DNA of 64,000 nucleotides, taken from Camelus dromedarius (Eukaryota). A model generated the notes under the pieces. That model made no database searches and was not told where the DNA came from. It was given only the letters and a program-made list of their open reading frames with translations. The DNA lies in assembly GCF_036321535.1 (NCBI RefSeq), contig NC_087445.1:78058001-78122000 (forward strand), in the 5' to 3' direction. The position numbers were made by a program, and so were the translations under genes. Numbering within the stretch: the stretch's first letter is position 1; each line of letters starts with the position of its first letter. This document shows, one piece after another, positions 43,201-55,200 of this stretch.

Positions 43201-46200
43201 GTAAAGGTCGTCTTATCACTTCGTGGGTGAATCTGGTTTTCCACTGCATCACTTATTTAGTTAATTTGAGCCGGTGTCTAAGGTTCTGAGATTGATTTGA
43301 CTTTTTAACTTAAAAGTAGAGTCTGATTACTTTTTTAATGGGTGAAATCAGATTATTTTATTTATTTCTGGCATTTTAGCATTTCTTCTGATTAACTTTA
43401 TTGAGTTATAGTCAGTTTACAATGTTGTGTCAACTTTTGGTGTACAGCACAATGCTCCAGTCATACATGAATATACATATATTCATTTTCATATTCTTTT
43501 TCACCCTGATTGTCTTTTTTGAAAAATAAATTTCAAATTTTAAAAGGATTTCAGGTGAAGAGAAGCAAATATATGTTAAAACTGGTCAAGATACAAAAGA
43601 AGGAAACTGTTCTCAGATTACATCAATACTCTGAACAGACAAGTTGTGTTTGAAAAAGAGCCAAAGGGAGCCTCCGAAAATGGAAAAGCTGGGTCACTAA
43701 AGCAAAAAGCTATCAGGCAGGCGAAGCTGCACGACACCCAGCGGGAGAGGGAGGTGGTGCCCCAGAGGGAGATGCGTGGCCTGGCATGAGGCAGGTCCTG
43801 GCTCACCTGCGATCTGTTTCGGAAGGAAAGCATCGCTAGGATGGAGAAGGGTGGTTACTGGAGAAATGAAAACTGAGTCTTTTCTGTAGATTACGAAGTA
43901 CAGGAAACTCCATGGAGTCCAAGTCTGGGGTTTTACAGCTTCCAGAGCTGAACACATCATTGGGATTTCAGAACATCAAAATGAAAAAGAAGCAACCAGA
44001 GCAAACAGACTGCCTTCAGAGGGACAGCCGGGAACCTGAGCGCACAGCTGACAGCCACAGTGGTGGAAATGTTCCTGCGGGAAGGTCCCAGTCAGCCTGG
44101 AAATCTGCACCAAGTAGGCAGTTACTCCAGAGGGAGCAGCATGAATCCCAGCTCCACCCTAAAGTGGGTGGCTCCCGTGCAGAGGCTCCCGCGGAAGTAA
44201 ACCTGGAGGACGTGCTCCACTCAGACGGACGTGGGGCTCTGGGGTAGAGGAGGCTGACAGGGTGCAGGTCAGCACGGAAACAGGTGCGTAAGTCTCGGTC
44301 ACAGTGGCCACGTGACAGTGACCGGTGTGGGTGTGGAAGGAGAAGCCAGAACACTCACAGTCAGCACCCAGCCCAGCTGGAGCTGACCAGCGGACAGGCG
44401 TCCGCCACCAGTCCTTGTGCTAGTGCAGTGGAGGATGGAGACATTTATTAAGATTACTGTTCAGAGAATAGGAATGATTGCAGATCTGCCAAAGAAATAC
44501 CAGGTGGGAAAAGGCACTGAAAAAAAGCTTGCCCAATGAGAAAGAAGGCAGGAAGGTGGGGGCGGCAGTGACTAGAAATGATAACACGCACTGGGGCTGG
44601 GTTCCCTGCCTCTGTCCGCCCCCACCACCCCCGGTGCCCATGAACAAGCAGACTCACCGGGTGAGAGAGAGAAGAGAGAGTCTGCGGGGAGACCTGTGTC
44701 TGGCTGCGCAGTGCGCAAGCAGCCCAGCCAGCACGACACCGTCAGAGGGCTGGAAGCAGGGCTGTGGAGGCAAAGCAGGAGGGAAGGTCAGCCACAAGGA
44801 GGCTGCCCCCCGTGTACAGTCCCTTAGCTGGAGCCGTGGTGGCGTTGAGCAGCCGGCGGGGCCAGAGTGAGAAGGGTCAGCGGCGCCTCAGTGAAGAAGC
44901 AGACACCTGCTCCCCCCAAAACCAGAGAGCTCCTGAGAACCAGCGATCTCAACAGACACCTAAGAGGATGTCCCCTAAAGGCCACGGTCTGTGGCCTCAG
45001 CGAGTAATGTTGGATATGAAAAACAAAAAGAGGCAGCGGTTTGGGGGAAACTTAAAAATATTTTAAGTAATTTACAGGTCAAAGAAGTATTTGTAATTCA
45101 GTGATAATGAATGCCCCACATACTCGTGGTGGTCACTGACTTGGGAATACAGCTTGAAAATGTACGAGAAGAACAGGAGAATCCCCAATAAAGTCAAAGG
45201 AAGGAAATGGCAAAGAGAGAAGCAGCAGCAGGTGGGTTTTAGAAAGAACCAGCAGAACACACGGGGTGTGCACACGGCTAAAGAAGGACGCAGGCCTCTG
45301 CGGAGGTCAGTTAGAAAGACAAAGCAGATATCATGGATGCTGAAGAGTACACAGCCACGCTACAAAGTTTTAGAACATAAAATGTTACAAATGACTTTGT
45401 GCCAGTAAGTTGAAAACTCAGGACAGCATCCTAGAGACTGACCCAACGAGAAGCAGAGAGTCTGGGGAGGCCCGCCCGCCCTTCGGAGAGCAGAGCGCTG
45501 AGCCGGTGCCGTGGGCAGAGGCGCTGCGCGTCCATTGCGGTAACTGTCAATGTCAGAGCAAGGACCGGACAGCTGGAGAGTGACTGCCTCTCGCCTGTGA
45601 TCGTGGGTGTGAGTGCCTGGCAGGGCATCAGGAAACGGATCTGGACTAGAATGTCAGTAGTAACTAGCTATCATGCTGGGACAGGCAGGACCACCCCAGA
45701 CACGAGGACTGTTTACCAGAAGATACGTAAGACTTACCAGTGGGTTAAGGAGAAAAGCATGATCTCAGTGGGGATAAGGCAGAGACCTCATAAAATTCAA
45801 CTCATCCGTGATTTACAAAAAAACAGAAAAGAAAGAAAACGAGAAAAGCCCACTTCTTAGCAAAGTAGGAACAGCAGAAGGAGATGTCTACCCGTTCGAG
45901 GGCATCTCCCACAGCCCGCACCTGTATGTAGTGAGAGACGCCAGGGGCGCTCCTTTTACAGTCCTGGCCAAGACAGAGCCTCCGCTCTTTCACTGAAGTC
46001 CGTGTCTGTGTGTGGAGCTCCACCCCCACACACATAAATAAAAAGTACAGGGGGAGAGGCAGACAGAAAGCCTCTCCTTGCTTTATAAAATTAACACGAA
46101 ATCAGGAATGCCAGTTTCTTTTTGTCAGGATGCTCTTATGTGCAGAAAACAACACTAGACTAGCCCTGGCTTTTCCCGCAGCAGCCAGCTTCTGTTTCAG

Positions 46201-49200
46201 GCAGTACAAGCAAGCCGGTAACCTGAGCAGCCCTGCTTCTAGAAACATTTTTGAAGGTCTGAATAAAACATGCAGAAAAACATTAATACGTCACTCAGTT
46301 CTTGAGCTTAGTTGACTTTAAAGCAGAGGAAGTGGGAGCTGGGAGGGAAGCGGCTCTGAGGCTGCCTTCTCCTGGAGGGCACCTGCCAGACCCTGGGGGT
46401 GGGGGTGGGCGTCCAGTGGGAAAGCCCCGCTCACAGCTGGGCCCCCGAGCACTGGGAGTGACCTCCAGGTTGGTTTGCCCCAAAAGCACCTCTGAGGCCC
46501 CCAAATCAAGTGGAGACTCTCCTCACGGCATTCCCAGGTTCCCGGCTGGTGGTGGTCCGAATCTCCTCAAAGAGGGCCGAGGATAAAGCTCTCAGGGAGT
46601 GGGGTGAGTGGGGGCGACGGGCCGGCCGGCCGGCCTCTGGCCCAGGCCTCTGAGGACTTCAGGCTTCACAGGGTGCGAAGTCAGTGCATTTGATGTATTT
46701 AAAGAAACAAGAGGTTTGAAAATGTAAGCAGGAATCTAAAGACTACACAAAAAGACCAAGTAACTTGGAAAGTAAACAGACCTGCCTCCCAGAAGCTCCG
46801 AGAAGATAAGAAACCGCAGCAGGAAATAGGAAGCCGGCGCTAAGAAGCAGGCAAGGTCCAGCTCCACGGACACAGGGAGCGCCCCGGCCGGCTCTTAGGA
46901 AGACGTGGAGGCTGACATGCTGGGTTTGTCCCCCTCGCTCGGCCTGGCCAGTGGTCTCCTGGGGATGTGGGGGCCTGCCCCGGCAGGGCTGGGCTGCAGG
47001 CAGCCTGTCTGTCTATCCTGGCTCCTGCCGGGACCCCGTGCGCGCCGAGCACCCCCTGCAGGCCAGCTCGGTGCCCGCTCGGACCCAGGTCATTCCCAGA
47101 GCTGCGTTTCCATCAGGGACACGTCTGGACTCTTCTCCTAGGTCATGTCTGGCCCCTGGCCAGACTCAGGGCCAGGCTGCCTGTGACCTTGAGAACAGAG
47201 GCCAGTTGTGCCCTCTCTGGCGGCATGATAAAGAGGGTGGGAGAGGGGCGTCCCTGAGATTGGACCAGAGAGGTTTAAAGTTTGACAACTGACACGCCTT
47301 GCTGACTGGAGCGGGGTTTCCGGGGACGCAGAGCCAGGTGGGCAGGTTCCTAGAAGTGTCCCTGAGAACAGAGGGGCCTTGAAATAGGAGCTGGGCAGTG
47401 GCCGGAGCGGGGAGGAGCAGCTTGGCCAGGTCAGGTGCCAGGACAGCCGGCCCAGGCAGGAGCACCGTCGACTGTCTGCTCGGCCTGCTCGGCTGCTCAG
47501 GGAGCTCCGGCCCGATCCAAGCTCCCCGACCAAGCTCTTCGCGTCTGCTGGAGGTCCAGAAGCCCCTCCTGCTCACCACGGGCTGCTCGTCTCGCTGACG
47601 GGGACACCATCCATACCTGTTCTTGGGCCAGGACCTCAGAGTCATTGCTGACCCCATCTCCCTCCCCTGAGGTCCACCCTCCACCAAAGGCTGTCAGCTC
47701 CTCTCCCACCGCTCCCCTGCCGGTGGGCTCTGCATGGCACTAGCCGCCCATCATCCTTCCAGAACACTCTTCTGCTGAACCCCGTGCCTTCTCACTGAGG
47801 CAGCGGGAAGTCCCCTCCTGCAGGGCCTCAAGACCTGGCCCCTGTGCTCCCATCCCCACTTGTCCCACTGGCACGGTGTGGGCCCTTCCCGACCTGCTCC
47901 GTCCTCGCGCACACGCAGCTGCCTACGGGCTGGTTCTCGCCGGTTCTTGCCGTACTCACGCCCCACACGCAGGCGGCCGCTCCTAAAGACTTGATGAGCC
48001 AGCACAGAAGGGTGCAGGCTTCTCACTGCCACCCCACGTGTGGTCTCCACCCCGCGCGTGGTCTCCAGGCGCCCGGCATTCTGCACATTCGTGTGCTTCA
48101 AGTGCCAGGGCTGTGGGGAAGTAGGTTAAGAGCAGACCGTAAGAACCAAGGGTGCTGCGGTGGTGACCCCCGCCTGCGCCTGAGAGCCCCAGGCCCCCGG
48201 GGCGCCGGCCCTGGGAAGACTGCTTTCCTGTGGGTGCAGAGTCCTCTGGTGGTCAGACCACCTGCCTGGGGAGAAGTGCCTCAGGGGCCGGGGAGGGAGG
48301 GCGGGGCCAGGCCTTCCCACCCCGAGCCCTGACAGCCTTGTCCCCTGGTGGGGGGGGGCTCGCAGCCAGCCCGCCCTCACCAGCTCCCCGGCCAGCCCGC
48401 CACTCAGGCCGCCGTCTGTGCGCAGGAGCTCTTTGGTCTGATTTGTTTCCCTGATCTGTCCTGTTCCCCCAGTGAAGATTGTGATCCGAGGAGACAGGAA
48501 CACGGGCAAGACTGCGCTGTGGCACCGGCTGCAGGGCAAGAAGTTCGTGGAGGAGTACATCCCCACGCAGGAGATCCAGGTCACCAGCATCCACTGGAAC
48601 TACAAAAGTGAGGGCGGGGCGCTGTGGGGGCAGGCACTTCCCAGGAGGCCGCGCGGGCACAGTGCCCCGGCTTGGGGTGGGGGGTGCCTTCCTGCCATCG
48701 CCTCCCCTCACCTAGTGTTGTCATGGAAACACTGCACACACGTGGGAGTCCCCTCTGCCATGGAGACTCAGTCCCTTGGGGAGCTGGGCCATTGGGCCCA
48801 CTCATCCTGGAGACCTTGGAAAGGCAGACACTCCTGGGTTAACACACGAGGTGTCCTGGGGGGGACCCCTCTGGGCGGGGACACACCCCTGCTGCAGTCT
48901 GCTTACCGGGCCCCAGGGAAGCAGAAGGGGCTCCTTGCCCTTGAGGCCCAGCTCTTGGCTTCAGTTGTGAAGTGCCCGACCCTGCAGGGTCCTGGAGGTG
49001 GTTTGTTTGCAAGATCGCTTTGCGGCCTCCCGGTGGTAGCCCGGTGGGCCGGAACTTGCACTCCTCTGACCATGTGGCACCCTTGTGGGAAGCAGAGAAG
49101 CCACTTTGCATGTTTAAGAATCATAAAAGCAAAAGGCCTTTGAGCCATTTTAAACATTCCTTTCCATTAAAAAAACTAGCCAGTGGGCCGCCAGCAGGAC

Positions 49201-52200
49201 ACTTGGGGCCTTTGTGGGAGTCTGACTCCCTCTTAGTGACGTCCAGTGCGTCCCAGGACAGCAGCGTGGACTCAGCATCACCCTGCCTGCCAGCTGCACA
49301 GAAGCAGCTCCCCACGTCGTCCCTTCCCCTGCGGAATCCTCAGGGTGGGGAGTGAGCCAACTGTCCCTGTGCTTGGCTCACTGCTTGGAGGTGTGGCACA
49401 GGCCTGAACCCCAGACTAGCCGTTCAGAGTCGGCTCCTCTGGCCCTCAGCTCCCATGGAGCAGAGAACACTGCCTCTGGAGAGGTGCAGTGGTCACTGCA
49501 TGACTGGGAAACAACCATGGACGTGGCCTCCCCATAAAAGCGAAAGGTGGGCCTGCAAGGGCCTGTCCCAAGCCAGCTCCACTTGGCCTTGGCCTCCAAA
49601 GGATTCTGGTAGAAGCGTGATGCAGGACCCACACCTGGAGAGTCTGGCTCTCCCTGCTGATCGCCCGACCTCCCTCACAATGAAGCCGAGGCCGGTCATG
49701 GACATGGAGTGGAGCTGGGAGGGCAGTCAGCCCCAATAACATCCACTGCAGCGCCAAGGGCTCGCACCCCCGGTGGGCCTGCGGAGGCCTGGGTTCTGGG
49801 TGCAGACCCCTCCTGGCTGTGTGGGCCTGGCTGGGGGCAGGCCTCCGGGACATGGGGACAGTGTCAGCTGAGGGCGGGCCAAGATCCTTCACTGAGACCT
49901 GAGCAAAAGCCCAGGGAGGAGCCAGGCCCCACTGCACTGCAGGGAGGGGCGTCCTGGGCAGGCGGGGGCGCGCCCCTAGGGGCGGTGCAGGGTGGGGGCG
50001 GCGACATCCGCACCGCCCCTGGGAGCCCGTCTTCGTGAAGCAGATGCTCGCGCTGGGAGCTGACCTTACTCTTTCCCCTTATTTCAGCCACCGACGACAT
50101 CGTGAAAGTTGAAGTCTGGGATGTCGTTGACAAAGGTAAGTTGCGTCTTCTTGTTAACGTGCTTTTCTCTGTTGTGCTGCTGTTGTTCCGTGAGAGGCAC
50201 GCTGTCCGCCCTCGTCCGCCTGTCCTCCTCATAGGTCGGCTTTTTCATAAACTCCTGTTTGTTTGGGTGTTTGTCTTGGCGTGCTGTCTCTCCGGGACTC
50301 GCAGGGTGACACAGCCCTTCCTCCTCACTCAGCACCTGAGACGAAGGGAGGGATGGTGATGGCGCTGGGTTCTTACCCCCAAGCCGAGCTCATCCATCCT
50401 GGGCACCAGCTCAGGGGCCCTCCACGGCCTCGAAGGCTGGGCAGGGCTGGCCCAGGGCGGGGTCCTTGTCAGTCTGGGAAGGAAGCACTGCATCTGAATG
50501 GGGGCGGCTGGAACTGTGTGGGAGGCCTCCCGGGGCAGGCTGCGTCCTGCCTCCCGTGGGGCTGCCGCTGTGCCGGCTGAGAAGGCGCAGCTCCGGGGCT
50601 CCAGCGCTGCTGAGCGAGGCGTCTGCTGGAGGGGGGGCTGCCCCCCACTCAGGCATTCCTTGCCCAGCACTTCCACCCCATAACTTGGTCTCTTTTCTTA
50701 AGGAAAATGCAAAAAGCGAGGCGACGGCTTGAAGATGGAGAATGACCCCCAGGAGGTAAGCAGTGTCTGTTCCCATGTGGCCCACAATGGTGGGGGCGGG
50801 GGTGAGCCGGCCCCGCTCTTCAGACCCCTCCGCCTGCCAGCCTGGCCCTCCCGGGGTCCCCACTGGTGCTGGTGGACTCGGGGCCACCTTGTGCTGCCCG
50901 TGTCGTGTTGCAGGGTGCCTGGGTTGAGCTGCTGCCACACGTGCCAGACGCCGCACGGAGTTGGGGTGACTGAGAGGTATTTAGGCGAACTGGCCGAATT
51001 TTGTGTCCATGTTACAGTGGCCTCGGCCCTTCAAAGCACAGGCCCCGCCTTCAGGTGTGGCTCCGGCAAGGTGCTCCTTGTGGCTGCCACTGCTTCCTGC
51101 CCGTCTGGGGGGTTTTCTCTCGGTCTCCAAGGACCCTTCTCTCCTGTCCACGGACAGGCTCCCACTTAGGACAGGAAGGTTCAGTGGCCCCTGGCCCTTT
51201 TTGGGCATGTGTTTCCATTGCCCCTAGCCCTGCAGCCGCCCCAGCGTGCCTGCTCCGGCATGTGCACCCGTGGTGGAGAGTCTGCAAGCCCTGAGGGCAG
51301 GGTGCTACCAGCCTCGGTGGCGCAGGGACCCCAGGGAGAGGGCAAGCACAGTGTGTTCTCCACGCTAGACGATGTTGCGTTTACATTTTTCTTTTTTTCC
51401 AAAATGAAACTAACTGTTGTCTTTTCAGTTATCAGAGCCCTGTTCAGCCTTTTCCAGGAGACAGGGTGCTCACCCGAGGGGCCCAGCCTGGAGCACCGTC
51501 TCATGCCTGGTCCCCCCTGTCCCCAGGCAGAGTCCGAGATGGCCCTGGACGCCGAGTTCCTGGACGTGTACAAGAACTGCAGCGGGGTGGTCATGATGTT
51601 CGACATCACCAAGCAGTGGTGAGGCCCGGCTCCCGGCACCACGCCGCCTGCTAGGCCCACGGTGGTGGTTGTGCCGGCGTCAGTGATGGTGCACAGGGCT
51701 TCTGGAGGGCCAGCCACGGGCAGTGCCTGCTGGCCGTCCGGCCGCACAGAACCCCGGCCTGGAGGTCCCGGCATCTCAGCATGTGTATCTGGGGCCAGGT
51801 CGGGGTGTCCACATCTGTGCCGCAGGCCGGGGTGGGTGAGGCCCTCGCCTTCCATGGCCCTGCAGCCCTTCCTGCAAACACTGTCTAAAATGTGGCATCA
51901 GCAAGTGGCTCCCATGAGTTGGGGGTTCCCAAGACCCCCACGCTCTTGGACTTGCCAGCAGGACACACGTATGTCCATCGCGGTGGAGGCTGCAGAGCAG
52001 GGTCAGCAGGCGAGCGGTGCGGGCGGATGTGCAGACAGCCTCGCCGGCGCCCAGGGTCCTCTCCATCGAGCGCTGAGTCACGTGGCTGGAGACCCGCTGC
52101 CCGGGCCCGGGCCCCCTACTCCCAGACCAGCCAAGGGCCAGCCTTGTGGACCAGCCTTCCTGGGACAGCAGTCTCAGGCCTGCACACCACCGAAAATGGG

Positions 52201-55200
52201 AGTCCTGAAGGATGCTGAGGGCGGAGCCCACGGCTTGTTCTGGGAGTGGCCAGCGAAGTTTGCTTGAGTTGTATTACTGTTACTGCTTGGGTCACCGGTG
52301 CTCACAGGAAAACCCATCCTGTCACCAGAAACTACTGCGGGGGCTAGCCAGGCTCTCTTCTGGGTGTCGCTCTGACACTGAGCTGTAACCACGCACGCCT
52401 TTGTTCAGGATGCATTCACGCCTCCGCTGGGCTGGTAGATCTCCTGCACACTCACACGCCAGCCCTAGGGTTCCCGTCAGGGGCTCAGGTCCCAGGGATC
52501 TGTCACAGCTGCGCCAGCCTCGGCCACAGCCCACGGGGCCCCACACCCGCCCTCCCGCCTGCAGGGACGCGCAGTGGACTGCCCACCAGCACACCTGGGA
52601 GGCCTCCGGGAGGCTGGACCACCTGGAGTAGGAGGGTGGGGCCTGGCGAGCTCACACCTGTGAGAAGCAGCAGTCCCGCCTCCTCGGCTCCCACGGGGGG
52701 TGGGGATGGGCAGGGCTGTTCCTAGGTGGAGTCTGGCCTGGGCACTGTTAGTGGTCATGTCAGCCTCATGTCCCTGTAGCCTCGGCTAGACGAGCTGTGA
52801 GCCGAAGGCCAGAAGGACCCCATGGGGAGAGCGGGACCACGTGTGCCTGTGAGGCCCAGGGGCTGGTGTCCAGTGGGCAGGTGGTCCTGGGCTGGGGGCT
52901 GGGCAGCTTCTTGGATCCCAGGACCCTGGACACCCGGTACTCAGCTCTGATGAGGTGGGAGGCGGTGCAGACATGGTCTAGAGCCCCGTCACTCAGAAGG
53001 AAAGCAGGGGGGACGCCACCGACGCAGCCATTGGCACAGCAGCTGGTGTCTGAGTGCACCTAACGGCAGGGGCAGGAGACTCCCCCAGGACGGGTGGCAG
53101 ACACGCTCGGCCCTTCTGAGGGTAGTAAAGCACTGCGTGTGAATAGGAGGAAACTCAGGCTGCAGACGCAGCGCTGCTGTATCCGGCTCTCCCACACGCT
53201 CATGCCGATGGGGAGACAGGTGTGAGCCCCACACCCACTGAGAGCAGAGCCCTGGGCTGTAGAGACAGATCGAGGGAGGACATGTGTCGGGAGGCAGAAC
53301 CTAAGGCTGTTTTGTGGGATGTGGTGGCGGGAGGATCTGCAGGGTCCAAGAGCACCCACTGGGTGGTCCCCTGATTCTCACACGGGAGGGTGCTGGTGGG
53401 GTGCTGATCCGGGCGCCCACGCACTTCCCCGAGGCTGTGGGGGTGGGTGGGGGTCTCAGGCCAAAGCTAAGGCTCGTCTTCCCCCCACATGCGCCTCCTG
53501 AGGACCTTCAACTACATCCTCCGGGAGCTTCCTAAAGTGCCGACGCACGTGCCGGTGTGCGTGCTGGGCAACTACCGCGACATGGGCGAGCACCGGGTCA
53601 TCCTGCCCAACGATGTGCGTGACCTCATCGACCACCTGGACAGGTGGGTGCCCGGCTGCGCAGCCTGTCTGCCTGGGCACTCCCGCCTGGGCCCTCCTCT
53701 GCCTCGAGCCCTGGCCCCGCCCAGCTGCACAACCCCGTGACCCCGGCCCTCTGACCCACCCCCAGCTTCCCTGCGCTACCCACACCCGGCCCTCCGGTCC
53801 ATGCTGGCAGGACCCATGGAGGCTGGAGAGGCCCAGGCTGAGATGGAGGGTGTGGTGGTAAGCTCAGGGAGGGGGCGCCAAGCTGGAGGGAGGGCGGGGC
53901 GGGGATTGGGTACTGGCTTCCCTGCACTGAGCAGCCCCAGGTGCCAGGCGGAGCGGCCTCCCTCCATGCCTCAGGCCAGAGCCAGGGTCAGGCGTGGCGC
54001 AGCGGAGTCCTGCTGGGGCGGATGGGGGCACATCAGCCCAGTCCCGGCATCACCTGGTGGGCGCCAGCTGACGGGAGCGCCTGCAGGAGACAGCCCGGCC
54101 TGCGTGCGGTGCTGGCCCTGCCACCCTGTCCCTGTGTCTTTGTCCTCTTGGCAAACAGGCCTCCGGGTTCCTCTTACTTCCGCTACGCCGAGTCGTCCAT
54201 GAAGAACAGTTTCGGCCTCAAGTACCTGCACAGGTTCTTCAACATCCCGTTCCTGCAGCTTCAGGTGCGCCCGCCTGCGGGGCCGGCCGGTGCGGCGTGG
54301 CACGGGGGGTGGGGCCACCAGTTAGGGCCCTGCCAGGCTGGCCGGAGACCTAGACCAGCACAAGGGGACACGGGTCCTTAAATGTCCTTCTCGGTCTGAG
54401 GACCGTTGACCTGGACCAGTGGGCACTGTGACCCCTCGCCTCTGCGCTGACCCCTGCCTGGGAGCTTCACTGGCCCCTGCGCCAGTCCATCTTCACCGCA
54501 GATGTGGGCGCAGCCCCAGCACAGGGCCCGTCTGATCCCCCTTGTGGCCGGGCCACTGTGTCCCCTGCTGTGGATCTGGCCCCAGTCTGGCAGGAGCGGA
54601 AGCAATGAGCTCGAGAAGTCTCTCCTTCCACCTGGTCTGCAGCTTTCTGTTGTTTTTAGTGGCTCTTTTGTTTTGGAGTGGTCTTAGACTGACAGGAAGG
54701 CTGCAGAGAAGGACAGGATTCTTGGGCCCTGGCTCGGTTCCCCCTAGTCTCAGGGTCTCATGTTTCCACGGTGCTTCCGTCAAGACCACAGAACTGAGGT
54801 TGGTGGGCCCTCTCACCGGCCCTCTGCGCTAGGCTGTGACAGCCCTGAGACGTGCCTGACTCAGGGTCTGTCTGGTCTTAGGTGGGTGATGGGATTTCAG
54901 GCACAAGACCACAGACCAACTGCCCTGATTGTCACAAGCAGGGACACGTGTCACCCACACAGCTAGTCACTGGGGTGTTGACCTAGGGCCCTCCTACAGC
55001 CACAGTGGTTTCTGTCCTTTCTCCAGGACACAGAGCCCACTCGGGGGCACAGCCACTTCTCCTTTCCTCTTGTCCTCTTGGAGAGACGTGGGGCGGCGGG
55101 CGTTTTCAGTGCATCCGGACCTCGCAGACATGTGCCGCACCCTCCACCCAGTCTTTCCCTTGGGACCCTGGGTGTCCCTCTGCATTGCTCTAAGGATCCC

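Noticed and set aside
51619-53502. Possible orthologue of the human intronic microRNA annotated in RABL6 (MIR4292)
   Set aside because: I could not find a matching mature sequence or a convincing hairpin by eye.
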